Positions 36,945-46,880 of a stretch of 64,000 nucleotides of DNA are shown piece by piece. The stretch is from Alphaproteobacteria bacterium (GTDB lineage Bacteria > Pseudomonadota > Alphaproteobacteria > Rickettsiales > SXRF01). The stretch covers positions 83,790-147,789 of the forward strand of contig JAGVLO010000008.1 of assembly GCA_020049775.1 (NCBI GenBank), read 5' to 3'. Position 1 is the first letter of the stretch; every line of letters begins with the position of its first letter. The notes under the pieces are model-generated. The model ran no database searches, was not told the origin of the DNA, and worked only from the letters and a program-made list of their open reading frames with translations. Position numbers and translations under genes: made by a program.

Positions 36945-38131
36945 TCGCTCTTGAAGGCTTGCAGGCCGGTGATGGCACGGCCGATGATGAGTGCATGAAT
37001 GTCATGCGTGCCTTCATAGGTATTGACGCTCTCTAAATTCATGACATGGCGAATGACATGGTATTCGTCGGCAATGCCGTTGCCGCCGTGCATATCACGC
37101 GCTACACGCGCAATGTCGAGCGCCTTGCCTGCCGAGTTGCGCTTGATGATGGAAATCATTTCCGGCACGGATTTATTTTCGTCAATCAGCCTGCCCACGC
37201 GCAGGCATGCCTGCATGCCCAGCGCAATGTCCACCAGCATGTCGGCGAGTTTTTTCTGGATAAGCTGGTTTGCAGCAAGGGGCTTGCCGAATTGTTTGCG
37301 TTCCATGGTGTAGTTACGTGCCGCCTGCAGGCAGAATTCCGCCGCGCCCAGCGCGCCCCAGCCAATGCCGTAGCGTGCCTTGTTCAGGCAGGAAAACGGG
37401 CCTTTCAGGCCAGCCACTGTCGGCAGCATATTTTCCAACGGCACCGGTACTTCATCCATCATTATCATGCCGGTGATGGATGCACGCAGGCTGAATTTGC
37501 CTTCAATCTTTGGCGCAGCAAGCCCCTTCATGCCCTTTTCCAGAATGAAGCCCTTGATAGTGCCGTCTTCTACACCCTCAAGACCGTACACTTTTGCCCA
37601 TACCACAAACACATCAGCTACCGGCGAGTTGGTAATCCAGTTTTTGGAGCCGCTGAGAAGGAATCCGTCTTTGGTTTTTTTGGCCCGCGTTACCATGCTG
37701 CCGGGGTCGGAGCCATGGTCAGGCTCGGTCAGGCCGAAACAGCCAATCCATTCGCCGCGTGCCAGCTTGGGCAGGTATTTATCTTTCTGCGCCTGCGAGC
37801 CAAACGCATAAATCGGGTGCATCACCAAACTGGACTGCACGGAAAGTGCCGAGCGGTAGCCGCTGTCCACCCATTCGATTTCGCGGCATATCAGGCCGCT
37901 GGCCACATGGCTTGCACCCGCGCAACCGTAACCTTCGATGGTGGCGCCGAACAATCCCAACTCGCCCATCTCACGCATGATGGCGGTATCAAAATGTTCT
38001 TTTCGGTTGGCTTCAATGACGCGCGGCATCAGTTTTTCACGAGCATAGGTACGCGCCGTTTCCTGAATCATGCGCTCATCTTCGGTTAATTGCTCCGCAA
38101 GCAGGAGGGGGTCTTCCCAGTTCATTGGCAT
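36941..38131 (-). CDS. gcdH: glutaryl-CoA dehydrogenase (acyl-CoA dehydrogenase family)
   Basis: [18 protein letters not shown]...[14 protein letters not shown]...[10 protein letters not shown]. The length and N-terminus are typical of GcdH. Confidence 0.85.
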   Translation of the reverse strand: MPMNWEDPLLLAEQLTEDERMIQETARTYAREKLMPRVIEANRKEHFDTAIMREMGELGLFGATIEGYGCAGASHVASGLICREIEWVDSGYRSALSVQSSLVMHPIYAFGSQAQKDKYLPKLARGEWIGCFGLTEPDHGSDPGSMVTRAKKTKDGFLLSGSKNWITNSPVADVFVVWAKVYGLEGVEDGTIKGFILEKGMKGLAAPKIEGKFSLRASITGMIMMDEVPVPLENMLPTVAGLKGPFSCLNKARYGIGWGALGAAEFCLQAARNYTMERKQFGKPLAANQLIQKKLADMLVDIALGMQACLRVGRLIDENKSVPEMISIIKRNSAGKALDIARVARDMHGGNGIADEYHVIRHVMNLESVNTYEGTHDIHALIIGRAITGLQAFKSD

Positions 38132-38160
38132 GGAATTACCTATCTATATAACAAGGGGAG

Positions 38161-38394
38161 TTAGGCCAGCAGGTTGAGGATAGTGCCACGATCCCATATC
38201 ACACCGCGGCGAAAAGCTTCAAGAGCGCTATTGACAAGCGTTTGCAGCGATTCCGGGCCGGGTATGTAGTTGACATCGGCACGTTTAGGAATAATAACGT
38301 CACCACGTTCAGCCGTTTGCTGGCGGCGGCGGCCAGTTTTATCTGTACCGCCCGAAGATACGCTGACGCGGTTTGGATTGATTTGGATGGTCAT
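38161..38394 (-). CDS. hypothetical small protein (77 aa)
   Basis: An ORF only. No clear RBS and no family recognised. Its coding-like composition and position in an otherwise unexplained gap are the only support. Confidence 0.3.
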   Translation of the reverse strand: MTIQINPNRVSVSSGGTDKTGRRRQQTAERGDVIIPKRADVNYIPGPESLQTLVNSALEAFRRGVIWDRGTILNLLA

Positions 38395-38428
38395 AGCAAC
38401 ACTCTATTAGGTAACGATTTGCTGTATT

Positions 38429-39265
38429 ATGTCTTTTGTTGTCGCTACATTCTACCATTTTTTCGATTTCGCGGGCTTTGCGCAGGCCCGCCAGCCAATT
38501 CTTAACGAAATGATGCGCCTAAACATTAAAGGTTCTTTACTTATTGCGCCGGAAGGCATCAACGGAACGCTGGCTGGCACGCGCAGCGCCATCGACAGCA
38601 TCCTTGGCTACCTCAACCGTGAAATCATCAAAGCACCACTGCGGCACAAAGAGTCACTGTGTGAAACCCAGCCTTTTGCGCGCACCAAAGTAAGACTGAA
38701 AAAAGAGATTATCGGGCTGGGCGAACCAGTGTCGCCGCAGCATGTTTCATCTCCAAAGACAGGCCATTATGTAGAGGCCAAAGAATGGAATGCTATTATT
38801 TCAGATCCGGACACGATAGTGCTGGACACGCGCAACAGCTACGAAGTGCATCTGGGTACGTTTGACCGCGCCATCGATCCGGACATACGCATCTTCAAAC
38901 AATTACCCGAGTATGTGCGCACGCATCTTGACCCGAAGAAGCACAAAAAAATCGCCACTTTCTGCACCGGCGGCATACGCTGCGAAAAATTCTCGGCATG
39001 GATGTTGGATCAAGGATTCGAGCATGTTTACCAACTCAAGGGCGGCATATTAAAATACCTCGAAGACATGCCCGCGTCCGAAAGCAAATGGCACGGCGAA
39101 TGTTATGTGTTTGACGATCGCATAGCCGTAGGACACGGCCTTGCCGCGTCGCAAAGTGCAAGCCAGTGTCCCGCCTGCGGCCATGCCCTCACGCCGGAGG
39201 ACCGCGCGCATCCCGATTATATAGAGCAGACCTGCTGCCCTTACTGCGAAAGCAAGTGGCGCTAA
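38429..39265 (+). CDS. trhO: rhodanese-domain tRNA uridine(34) hydroxylase (UPF0176/YceA family)
   Basis: VATFYHF......L......G..L.A.EGINGT N-terminus, rhodanese active-site loop FCTGGIRCEK, and a C-terminal Cys cluster (CPACGH...CCPYC). Confidence 0.85.
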   Translation: MSFVVATFYHFFDFAGFAQARQPILNEMMRLNIKGSLLIAPEGINGTLAGTRSAIDSILGYLNREIIKAPLRHKESLCETQPFARTKVRLKKEIIGLGEPVSPQHVSSPKTGHYVEAKEWNAIISDPDTIVLDTRNSYEVHLGTFDRAIDPDIRIFKQLPEYVRTHLDPKKHKKIATFCTGGIRCEKFSAWMLDQGFEHVYQLKGGILKYLEDMPASESKWHGECYVFDDRIAVGHGLAASQSASQCPACGHALTPEDRAHPDYIEQTCCPYCESKWR

Positions 39266-39307
39266 AAAATCACCCGCCACAAAAAAATTGCGCAAGTTAT
39301 TCACTGT

Positions 39308-39417
39308 TTATCCAACTGTATTATCCACAGGCCGGCATGCGTACTGCACCATATTTTGTGTTGCGCCCAGTTTTTATCCCCAGTTTTCACAGGGCTGGTA
39401 GCTGTAACATATCCACA
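39308..39417 (+). promoter_or_regulatory. cluster of four co-oriented DnaA-box-like 9-mers upstream of nrdJ
   Basis: TTATCCAAC (39308-16), TTATCCACA (39321-29, perfect consensus), TTATCCCCA (39374-82) and ATATCCACA (39409-17). Confidence 0.45.
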
Positions 39418-39460
39418 GGATGTAGTGGTAAGAACAGTGTCAAGCACAATATCTAGTTGT
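39346..39460 (+). promoter_or_regulatory. NrdR-box-like palindromes upstream of nrdJ
   Basis: GCACCATATTTTGTGT (39346-61), CCACAGGATGTAGTGG (39413-28) and GCACAATATCTAGTTGT (39444-60), compared with the NrdR consensus acaCwAtATaTwGtgt. The last two have centres about 31-32 bp apart, the usual tandem spacing. Confidence 0.4.
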
Positions 39461-39688
39461 CATTACAAATTTGTAATGTTAGATTTTTTGTAAGGAGCGT
39501 TTCATACAAACCGTAGAAAATTTCGCCCTGCCTTAGAAAAATAGACTGCAAACTTTGAGCTATACATATAGCACCGGAATGCGGGTTGCGTTTTAAGGGG
39601 GTAGGATTTTTACGCTGATTTTTTGGGACACACCTGAAGTTGAATATTTTCAGTTAATAATACTTAGTTATAAACAGGGGCAGATAGC

Positions 39689-42600
39689 ATGCATATTGAG
39701 CGTCATTTCACCAAAGCGGATTTAAAGAATATCGAAGCGGTCTATAATGCTATTCCTTTCCGCAAGGTAGACGTGGTGATGAAAAATCCCGATGGCTCTA
39801 TCGTGTTCGAAGCCCGCGGCACCGAAGTGCCTGAAAGTTGGTCACAGGTCGCTTGCGACGTCATCTCACAGAAATATTTCCGTAAGGCAGGTATTGCCGC
39901 CCGCCTGAAAAAAGTCGAGGAAGCCACCATCCCGTCATGGCTGTGGCGCTGCGTGCCAGACGAAGACGCACTGGAAAAACTTCCGGCGGCGGAACGTTAT
40001 GTCGGCGAAACATCCGCCAAGCAGGTGTTCAACCGCTTAGCCGGCGCATGGACCTACTGGGGCTGGAAAGGCGGCTATTTCGATACCGAAGCCGATGCCC
40101 GCACCTTCTATGATGAAATGCGCATGATGCTGGCGCTGCAGATGGCGGCACCGAATTCCCCGCAATGGTTTAATACCGGCCTGCACTGGGCGTACGGCAT
40201 CGACGGCCCGAGCCAGGGACATTATTATGTTGACCCCGACACCAAAAAACTGACCAAGTCCAAGAGCGCCTATGAGCGCCCGCAGCCCCACGCCTGCTTT
40301 ATTCAAGGCGTGCGTGACGACCTCGTCAACGAAGGCGGCATCATGAATCTGTGGGAGCGCGAAGCGCGCCTCTTTAAATATGGTTCCGGCACCGGAAGTA
40401 ATTTTTCCGACCTGCGGCGGTGGTGAAAACCTCTCCGGCGGCGGCAAATCTTCGGGCCTGATGAGCTTCCTCAAAATCGGCGACCGTGCCGCAGGTGCTA
40501 TCAAATCCGGTGGCACTACCCGTCGCGCCGCCAAGATGGTGGTAGTGGATATCGACCATCCGGATATTGAGGAATTTATTACATGGAAAGTGATTGAGGA
40601 GCAGAAAGTAGCAGCGCTGGTCACCGGATCCAAGGTGTGCAGCAAGCACTTAAGCGCCATCATGGCCGCCTGCAAACAAGGTGAAAGTGAATCGCGCTTT
40701 TCACCCTCCGATAACCCGACCTTGAAAAAAGCTGTGCGTGAAGCGCGCAAGGCGCTGGTGCCGGAAAATTATGTGCTGCGCGTCATTGAATTCGCAAAAC
40801 AGGGTTTCACCGATATCGAATTCCCCGAATACGACACCGACTGGGACTCCGAAGCTTACCTCACCGTTTCCGGACAGAACTCCAATAACTCGGTGCGCGT
40901 GACCAACGAATTTCTGGATGCAGTGGCGGCAGACAAGCCATGGCACCTGCTTAACCGCACCAACGGCAAGGTATCAAAAACCATTCCTGCCCGCGAACTG
41001 TGGGACGAAATCGGCTATGCCGCGTGGGCATGTGCTGACCCCGGATTGCAATACGACACCACTATCAATGAGTGGCACACCTGCCCTGAGTCCGGCCGTA
41101 TCCGTGCATCCAACCCTTGCTCGGAATACATGTTCCTCGACGACACGGCGTGCAACCTCGCCTCCATCAACCTGCTGAAGTTCAAGCGCGACAATGGCAC
41201 GTTTGACGTCACCTCGTTTGAATATGCCACACGCCTGTGGACAGTAGTGCTGGAAGTATCTGTGCTGATGGCGCAATTCCCGTCCAAGGAAATTGCCCAG
41301 CTATCTTATGACTTCCGCACGCTCGGGCTTGGCTATGCTAATATCGGCGGCCTGCTGATGGCAACCGGCGTACCTTACGACAGCGCAGAAGGCCGCGCCA
41401 TAGCCGGTGCTATCACTGCTGTCATGACCGGTGTCGCTTACGCCACTTCCGCTGAAATGGCGAAGGAACTCGGCGCGTTCGACGGCTACGACAAAAATCG
41501 CCACCATATGATGCGCGTTATCCGCAACCACAGCCGCGCTGCACGCGGCGAAGCCACAGGCTACGAAGATCTTTCGATACTGCCGGTATCGCTGGATATC
41601 GTAAACTGCCATGACAAGGAAATAGTCAAGGCAGCAAAAAAAGCGTGGGAAACGGCTATCATGCTCGGTGAAAAATATGGTTTCCGCAATGCGCAGACCA
41701 CCTGCATCGCCCCCACGGGAACGATTGGTCTGGTTATGGATTGCGACACCACCGGCATCGAACCGGACTTTGCGATTGTGAAGTTCAAGAAGCTCGCTGG
41801 CGGCGGCTATTTCAAAATCATCAACCAGCAAGTACCCGAAGCACTCAAGACGCTGGGCTACACGCAAAAGCAGATTCAGGATATCGTGGATTACGCAGTG
41901 GGCCGAGGCACACTGAAAGATTCGCCGCGTGTCAATCATGCGGCGCTCCGCGCCAAAGGCTTTGATGATGATACGCTGGCCAAGATTGAAAAATCGCTGG
42001 CCGCAGCGTTTGAAATCAAGTTCGCTTTCAACAAATGGACGCTGGGTGAAGAGTTCTGCCAGAAGAAACTCGGCTTCACCGATGCGCAGCTGAATGACTA
42101 CAGCTTTGACATCCTGTCCGCCCTTGGCTTCTCCAGAGCCGACATCGATGCCGCCAACGAATATTGCTGCGGCACCATGACGGTGGAAGGCGCACCGCAC
42201 CTGAAGGAAATCCATCTTCCGGTGTTTGATTGCGCCAACCCGTGCGGCAAAACCGGAAAGCGTTATCTTTCCGCTGAAAGCCATATCCACATGATGGCCG
42301 CCACGCAGCCCTACATCTCCGGCGCTATTTCCAAAACCATCAATATGCCCAACACGGCAACGGTGGAAGAATGCAAAAGCGCCTACCTTCTGTCATGGAA
42401 GCTCTGCCTGAAAGCCAATGCATTGTACCGTGACGGTTCCAAGCTGTCACAACCACTCAATGCGGCCATCGCTGCAGAACTGGATGTAGCCGACGACGAT
42501 GATGACAAACAGACCCAGATGCAGGCACTTCGCCAGCCGCAGGTCATTGCCGAGCGCATCGTGGAACGCTTCATCGCCCAACAGAGACGCAAGCTGCCGG

Positions 42601-43385
42601 AACGCCGCAAGGGTTACACCCAGAAAGCATCTGTCGGTGGCCACAAGGTTTACCTGCGCACAGGTGAATATGAAGATGGCGAGCTGGGTGAAATCTTCAT
42701 CGACATGTACAAAGAAGGCGCAGCCTTCCGCTCGCTGATGAATAATTTCGCCATCGCAGTGTCCATCGGCCTGCAGTACGGCGTGCCGCTGGAAGAATTC
42801 GTGGACGCATTCACCTTCACCCGCTTCGAGCCGTCGGGTATGGTGGAAGGCAACGAAGCCATCAAGATGTCCACATCCATCCTAGACTACATCTTCCGCG
42901 AGCTGGCTATTTCCTACCTTGGCCGCAACGACCTCGCGCATGTGGAAATGGGCGATGTGCGCTCCGATACCATTGGCCGCGGCGCAGGTGATTCCACCCG
43001 CCCTACCGACCAGCCGGAGCTGCCCCAGCTGTTCAATAAAGTGACCAGCACTGGCTTTGTACGCGGCAAGCTTTATGTCGTGTCCAACAACAAACCCGCC
43101 GCAGGAACGCCGCAGAATATGATTTCGCATGGTGCGCTGGCCGTAGCCACGGGCAGCGTTACGGAAACCAAGGCATACCTGCAAACCGAAACTGACGGAG
43201 TCACCGTCAAGGTCGGCGTGTCGGTACAGGGCAATGAAAATGTCGTAATCAGTGAGCGCATCCGCGAAGCCAAAGCCAAAGGCTATGAAGGCGATGCATG
43301 CACCGAGTGCGGTAATTTCACGCTGGTGCGCAACGGCACCTGCATGAAGTGCGATACATGCGGCGGCACGAGTGGCTGCTCATAA
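39689..43385 (+). pseudogene. nrdJ: vitamin B12-dependent (class II) ribonucleotide reductase, reading frame broken at ~40412-40426
   Basis: ORFs 39689..40426 (245 aa) and 40380..43385 (1001 aa) are consecutive parts of one long alphaproteobacterial NrdJ. The first ends ...[18 protein letters not shown]. The second continues in the +1 frame with [41 protein letters not shown]. The C-terminal Cys-rich tail (CTECGN...CMKCDTCG) is present. Confidence 0.9.
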
Positions 43386-43887
43386 CAGTTCCCCTTTGGG
43401 CTGGTTAAGGCGGAGAGCAATCTCCGCCTTTCTTTTTACTGCCCTGTTTCTGCCCGCACCCGCCCTGTCGCTGGAGCCGACGGCACACGACACCTTCAAG
43501 CTCCTGCGCACATGCATCAAGTCGGAAACCTTGCACCAGTGCCGCGAGGACATTACCGCCGATTCGGTAACGCTCTATGACCGTTTCGACGACTACGGAC
43601 TGGTCAATTGCCTGCCAGACGATATTACTTTTGTGTCGGAAAAACGCTCCAAGGAACAGGCGATTGTTCGCGCCAAAACTACCATCAACAAGCAAATGCG
43701 CTTCCTGCGGCTGGTGTTCAGCGATGAAGAAGGCCGCTGGAAATTTGATATCCCCAGCTCACTGAAACAAGCCGTTGGGGACGATTGGGAAAGCAAGGTC
43801 AAGGGTACCGAACAGCTCTACCTTGCCCTTCGAAAACAGTTTGGCAACAAGCTCGACTGCGCGTCGGTGCAGGCGCTGGTGGAATAA
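43372..43887 (+). CDS. hypothetical secreted protein
   Basis: N-terminal signal-like segment ([18 protein letters not shown]). 171 aa. No family recognised. Start overlaps the nrdJ end. Confidence 0.45.
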   Translation: MAAHNSSPLGWLRRRAISAFLFTALFLPAPALSLEPTAHDTFKLLRTCIKSETLHQCREDITADSVTLYDRFDDYGLVNCLPDDITFVSEKRSKEQAIVRAKTTINKQMRFLRLVFSDEEGRWKFDIPSSLKQAVGDDWESKVKGTEQLYLALRKQFGNKLDCASVQALVE

Positions 43888-43903
43888 TTTTAACTTGGTA
43901 TAT

Positions 43904-43932
43904 TTGACATAGCCTATTTAATGAGTTAGATT
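43904..43932 (+). promoter_or_regulatory. sigma70-type promoter candidate (TTGACA-N17-TAGATT)
   Basis: Perfect -35 TTGACA (43904-09), exactly 17 bp of spacer, then -10 TAGATT (43927-32). Confidence 0.45.
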
Positions 43933-43938
43933 ATTACT

Positions 43939-44122
43939 TGAGTGTCATTCGAAGAGAAATATAGACCGCCAAACAATTTGCTAGAAGCAAGCAGAACTTG
44001 GAAAACGTCTAGAGTAGATGGAGACATTCATAGAGAAATAGGTTTGTGTGTCCACAGCACAGGCTGAAGTTCAATTCATGAGTTGAAAAGGCAGCGAACG
44101 CGTCGCTGCCTTTCTCTTTTTT
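43939..44122 (+). ncRNA. candidate ~180-nt leader RNA / riboswitch / sRNA ending in an intrinsic terminator
   Basis: Bounded by the promoter candidate and the terminator. No ORF. Contains a 16-nt imperfect direct repeat, CATTC(ga/at)AGAGAAATA, at 43946-61 and 44025-40. Confidence 0.3.
44090..44122 (+). terminator. intrinsic terminator 15 nt upstream of the BASS transporter start codon
   Basis: GGCAGCGA-ACGCG-TCGCTGCC (8-bp stem, 5-nt loop) followed by TTTCTCTTTTTT. Confidence 0.65.
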
Positions 44123-44136
44123 AGGTTTCATTTTGT

Positions 44137-45069
44137 ATGTTTGAATACTTACGACTGCTGATAGAAAAGCATTTCAGCCTTGTGCTGCTGCTATCGAGTG
44201 TCGCAGGTCTGGTAGTCCCCGGCCTGCCGCTGCTGCCGAATGAAACAGCGATTATCACACTGGCGCTGCTCATGTTCGTATCCTGCTACCGCCTGCGCGA
44301 CGGTGATTTCAAGGCCATACGCTGGAGCAGTGTCACGGCGTTTTATGTGCTGCGTTATGTGCTGCTACCCTTTGTGCTGTGGCTTATCACGTATCTTATC
44401 GCCCCGAATTACGCCATCTGCGTGCTTTTGCTCACGGCGCTACCCGCTGCCACGTCCAGCCCCGCCATCACCAATATCTACGGCGGCGGCGTGGCTTCGG
44501 CTTTTGTGGTGGTCATCCTCAGCCAGATGGCAACGCCCTTCATGCTGCCCCTGCAATTCGCATGGCTGAGAGAGGCAGGCTTTGTGCCGGAAACACAAGT
44601 TATCCCGCCGCCGATAAATTTATTCATCACTATGGTGTGGTGCATTTTCGTGCCGATGGCGATCTATATGGTAACGCGCTATCACAAGCGCAGCGCCGAT
44701 TACATCTACGCACAGACCAAGTGGCTTTCTACGTTGCTGGTTGCGTTCATCATTGCGCTCGCCATCGCCAAGCAGCGCGACGTCATACTCAGCGACGGCA
44801 CAGGCTTTCTAATCGCGTTCCTTGTATCGCTTGGCTGTTATGTGATTTACATGCTGTTCGGCTGGCATTTCTCGCGCAAGCTGCCGGATATAAAACGCAT
44901 CACCTTTACCACCTGCTCCACTTTCAACAACGCCATTCTCGGCGTAAGTTTAGCGCTGATGCATTTTGGGCCGGACGTGGTGCTGTTTGTAGCGGTAAGC
45001 GAAATGGCATGGTCCACACTTCCCGCCATGGTAGGGTTTTTCCTGCGCAGAAAAAAACTGCTGGCTTAA
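44137..45069 (+). CDS. bile acid:sodium symporter (BASS/SBF-like) family transporter
   Basis: About 10 TM helices in 310 aa. N-terminal LLLSSVAGLVVPG....L..ALLMF and the overall pattern resemble SBF-like transporters. Confidence 0.7.
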   Translation: MFEYLRLLIEKHFSLVLLLSSVAGLVVPGLPLLPNETAIITLALLMFVSCYRLRDGDFKAIRWSSVTAFYVLRYVLLPFVLWLITYLIAPNYAICVLLLTALPAATSSPAITNIYGGGVASAFVVVILSQMATPFMLPLQFAWLREAGFVPETQVIPPPINLFITMVWCIFVPMAIYMVTRYHKRSADYIYAQTKWLSTLLVAFIIALAIAKQRDVILSDGTGFLIAFLVSLGCYVIYMLFGWHFSRKLPDIKRITFTTCSTFNNAILGVSLALMHFGPDVVLFVAVSEMAWSTLPAMVGFFLRRKKLLA

Positions 45070-45812
45070 CCGCGTTGGCGCAGCTTGCCAGCCGATGCTT
45101 TCAGCCGCTCGCTGTGAAGATTCGGATCCGTCAATTCACGATAAGCCTGCATCTTGGAAGCAAGGAATGTTTTGGGTTGCTGCTCCAGCTTGCCCATCAG
45201 TTTTTCATAGGACTGCGCCATCAGGCGCACCTGACGCGCCACTTCATTCAGCTCGGCAACGCCCGCCCATAATTTATCTTGGCGGGCATAGGGATTGAAT
45301 GCTTCTTGCACCTCTGCACCTGCCATTATCGGTTTTTTGTCCACAACTTCCGGCAGGAGTTTTTGCTTGCGCTGCGCTTCTTCTTCAAACCAGCGCTCCA
45401 ATTTTTGTAGCGTGCGCTTCTGCGCCTGCAGCTGCGCCGGTGTCAGCTTTGCAGGTACGCCACCGCTTTTTTGTATGGCCTGATCATCATAATCGGCATC
45501 TGTATCACCTTTGAAATCGGCCATGGAGCGTGCCTTGGACAGCGCCTTTACCACCACTGACATATCGGCAAGGTCTTTTTGCAATTCGTGGATACTGGCC
45601 TGCGCCATGGCATAGGGTGCTTTATCCTGCGTGAACCTCTCGCTGTCTTTGAACTGCTGATTGGCTTTGTCGGCGCGCGCAAGGCGGGCGGGCATGTGGC
45701 GCAAAAGGAAGCTCTCATAGGTCATTTCCTGTCCACCCACATAAATGGGATTACTCAGGAAAGCTTCCACCGGCGATGCCGCCACGCCGAACTTGCGGCT
45801 GAGTTTACTCAT
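45066..45812 (-). CDS. hypothetical soluble, coiled-coil-rich protein
   Basis: 248-aa ORF with no TM helix or signal peptide. Rich in charged, helical residues. No family recognised. Confidence 0.45.
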   Translation of the reverse strand: MSKLSRKFGVAASPVEAFLSNPIYVGGQEMTYESFLLRHMPARLARADKANQQFKDSERFTQDKAPYAMAQASIHELQKDLADMSVVVKALSKARSMADFKGDTDADYDDQAIQKSGGVPAKLTPAQLQAQKRTLQKLERWFEEEAQRKQKLLPEVVDKKPIMAGAEVQEAFNPYARQDKLWAGVAELNEVARQVRLMAQSYEKLMGKLEQQPKTFLASKMQAYRELTDPNLHSERLKASAGKLRQRG

Positions 45813-45908
45813 GGTCTTCGCTCTGCATAAATTTATTAAGCTTTATTAATTTTTAGTCGCCCAAACGCGTGCTGACAAGTGCTTTTTAGGAAGGCAGGCA
45901 TGCCCTGT

Positions 45909-46880
45909 TCAAATTTTTGTTTTTTGCCGTGCAAGCGGATGATTTTCCTGAACGAGTTTTTTCAAACGCTCCCCTGCCACATGGGTATAGATCTGGGTGG
46001 TGGAAATGTCGGCATGGCCGAGCAATTCCTGAATGACACGCAAGTCCGCACCACCTTCCAGCAAATGGCTGGCAAATGAATGGCGCAACGTGTGCGGCGA
46101 CAGACTTTCAGGGTCAAGCCCTGCTTTGATTGCAAGTTCCTTGAGCATGACACCGAACTGCTGACGCGTAACATAGCCTTCCGCGCGGTGATAGGGAAAT
46201 AGCCACGGCGTGGGCTGGTTGTCACTCAAGAACACCTGCCGGAAGGCAAGGTAGCGGTTAAGCGCCTCGCGCGCCTTGCCATGCAGCGGCACGAGGCGTT
46301 CTTTGTTGCCTTTACCGCGCACTAGTAGAAAATCCACTTCTACGGACTTACTGCCTTCTTTTATCTGCAGAGCCGAGAATTTCAGCGTCACCAGTTCCGA
46401 CACGCGCAGCCCCGCGCCATAGACCATCTCCAGCATGGCAAGCAGGCGCAGGCTTTTGGGCGAATCGTCGGCACGCGCCGCCTCGAGCAGGCGGCTGACA
46501 TCATCCACACTGAGCGTACCGGGAAGGCGCTTGGCACGGCGCGGCGTTTCCAGCGTAGCCGTGGGGTTATCAGCGCGCATTTTTTCGCTATAGAGGAACT
46601 GAAATAACTGCCGAAGGGCGGAAAGCTTTCGTGCAGCCGTCTGCGGACTCATGCCTGCCTTGCCGATGGTGGCAAGAAACGCCTCTATCTGAGCGCGGCC
46701 AACTCCAAGGACCGTATGGCCCGTACGCTGTAAAAACACCATAAAATCAGCTAAATCACGGCGATAAGCGGCCAGCGTATTGGCTGATGCGCCCCGTTCA
46801 GCGGCCATCATTTCCATGAACTGGTCAATACAGGGATTGTCGCTATTGCGCAGGCTTGGATTCAAGGAACGTTTTGGCAT
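45909..46880 (-). CDS. xerD: site-specific tyrosine recombinase XerD
   Basis: FMEMMAAERGASANTLAAYRRDL N-terminus. Catalytic R...HxxR...Y motifs (LGHADISTTQIYTHV). Confidence 0.9.
   Translation of the reverse strand: MPKRSLNPSLRNSDNPCIDQFMEMMAAERGASANTLAAYRRDLADFMVFLQRTGHTVLGVGRAQIEAFLATIGKAGMSPQTAARKLSALRQLFQFLYSEKMRADNPTATLETPRRAKRLPGTLSVDDVSRLLEAARADDSPKSLRLLAMLEMVYGAGLRVSELVTLKFSALQIKEGSKSVEVDFLLVRGKGNKERLVPLHGKAREALNRYLAFRQVFLSDNQPTPWLFPYHRAEGYVTRQQFGVMLKELAIKAGLDPESLSPHTLRHSFASHLLEGGADLRVIQELLGHADISTTQIYTHVAGERLKKLVQENHPLARQKTKI

Noticed and set aside
37046-38089. 347-aa ORF antisense to gcdH
   Set aside because: It is a shadow ORF of a well-supported acyl-CoA dehydrogenase gene, with His/Arg/Phe-rich nonsense composition.
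39266-39688. Looked for a cobalamin riboswitch in the long nrdJ leader
   Set aside because: I found no B12-box-like core (…GCCACTG…) or matching helices. Cobalamin riboswitches usually control the B12-independent RNRs rather than nrdJ itself. The region is better explained by DNA-level sites (DnaA and NrdR boxes).
40415-40430. Programmed +1 frameshift at UGG-UGA-A (prfB-like) as the explanation for the nrdJ split
   Set aside because: There is no slippery P-site codon, since tRNA-Trp cannot re-pair on GGU. There is no upstream SD-like stimulator. The resulting loop would also be one residue shorter than the conserved spacing. An indel in the CG/GC repeat is more parsimonious.
41301-42290. 329-aa ORF antisense to nrdJ, and 40037..40750 antisense across the frameshift
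   Set aside because: Both lie fully within the strongly conserved NrdJ coding sequence and look like shadow ORFs.
44379-45272. 297-aa plus-strand ORF in an alternative frame of the BASS transporter gene
   Set aside because: Its Arg/His/Ala-rich composition has no TM pattern. The 44137..45069 frame gives a coherent 10-TM transporter.
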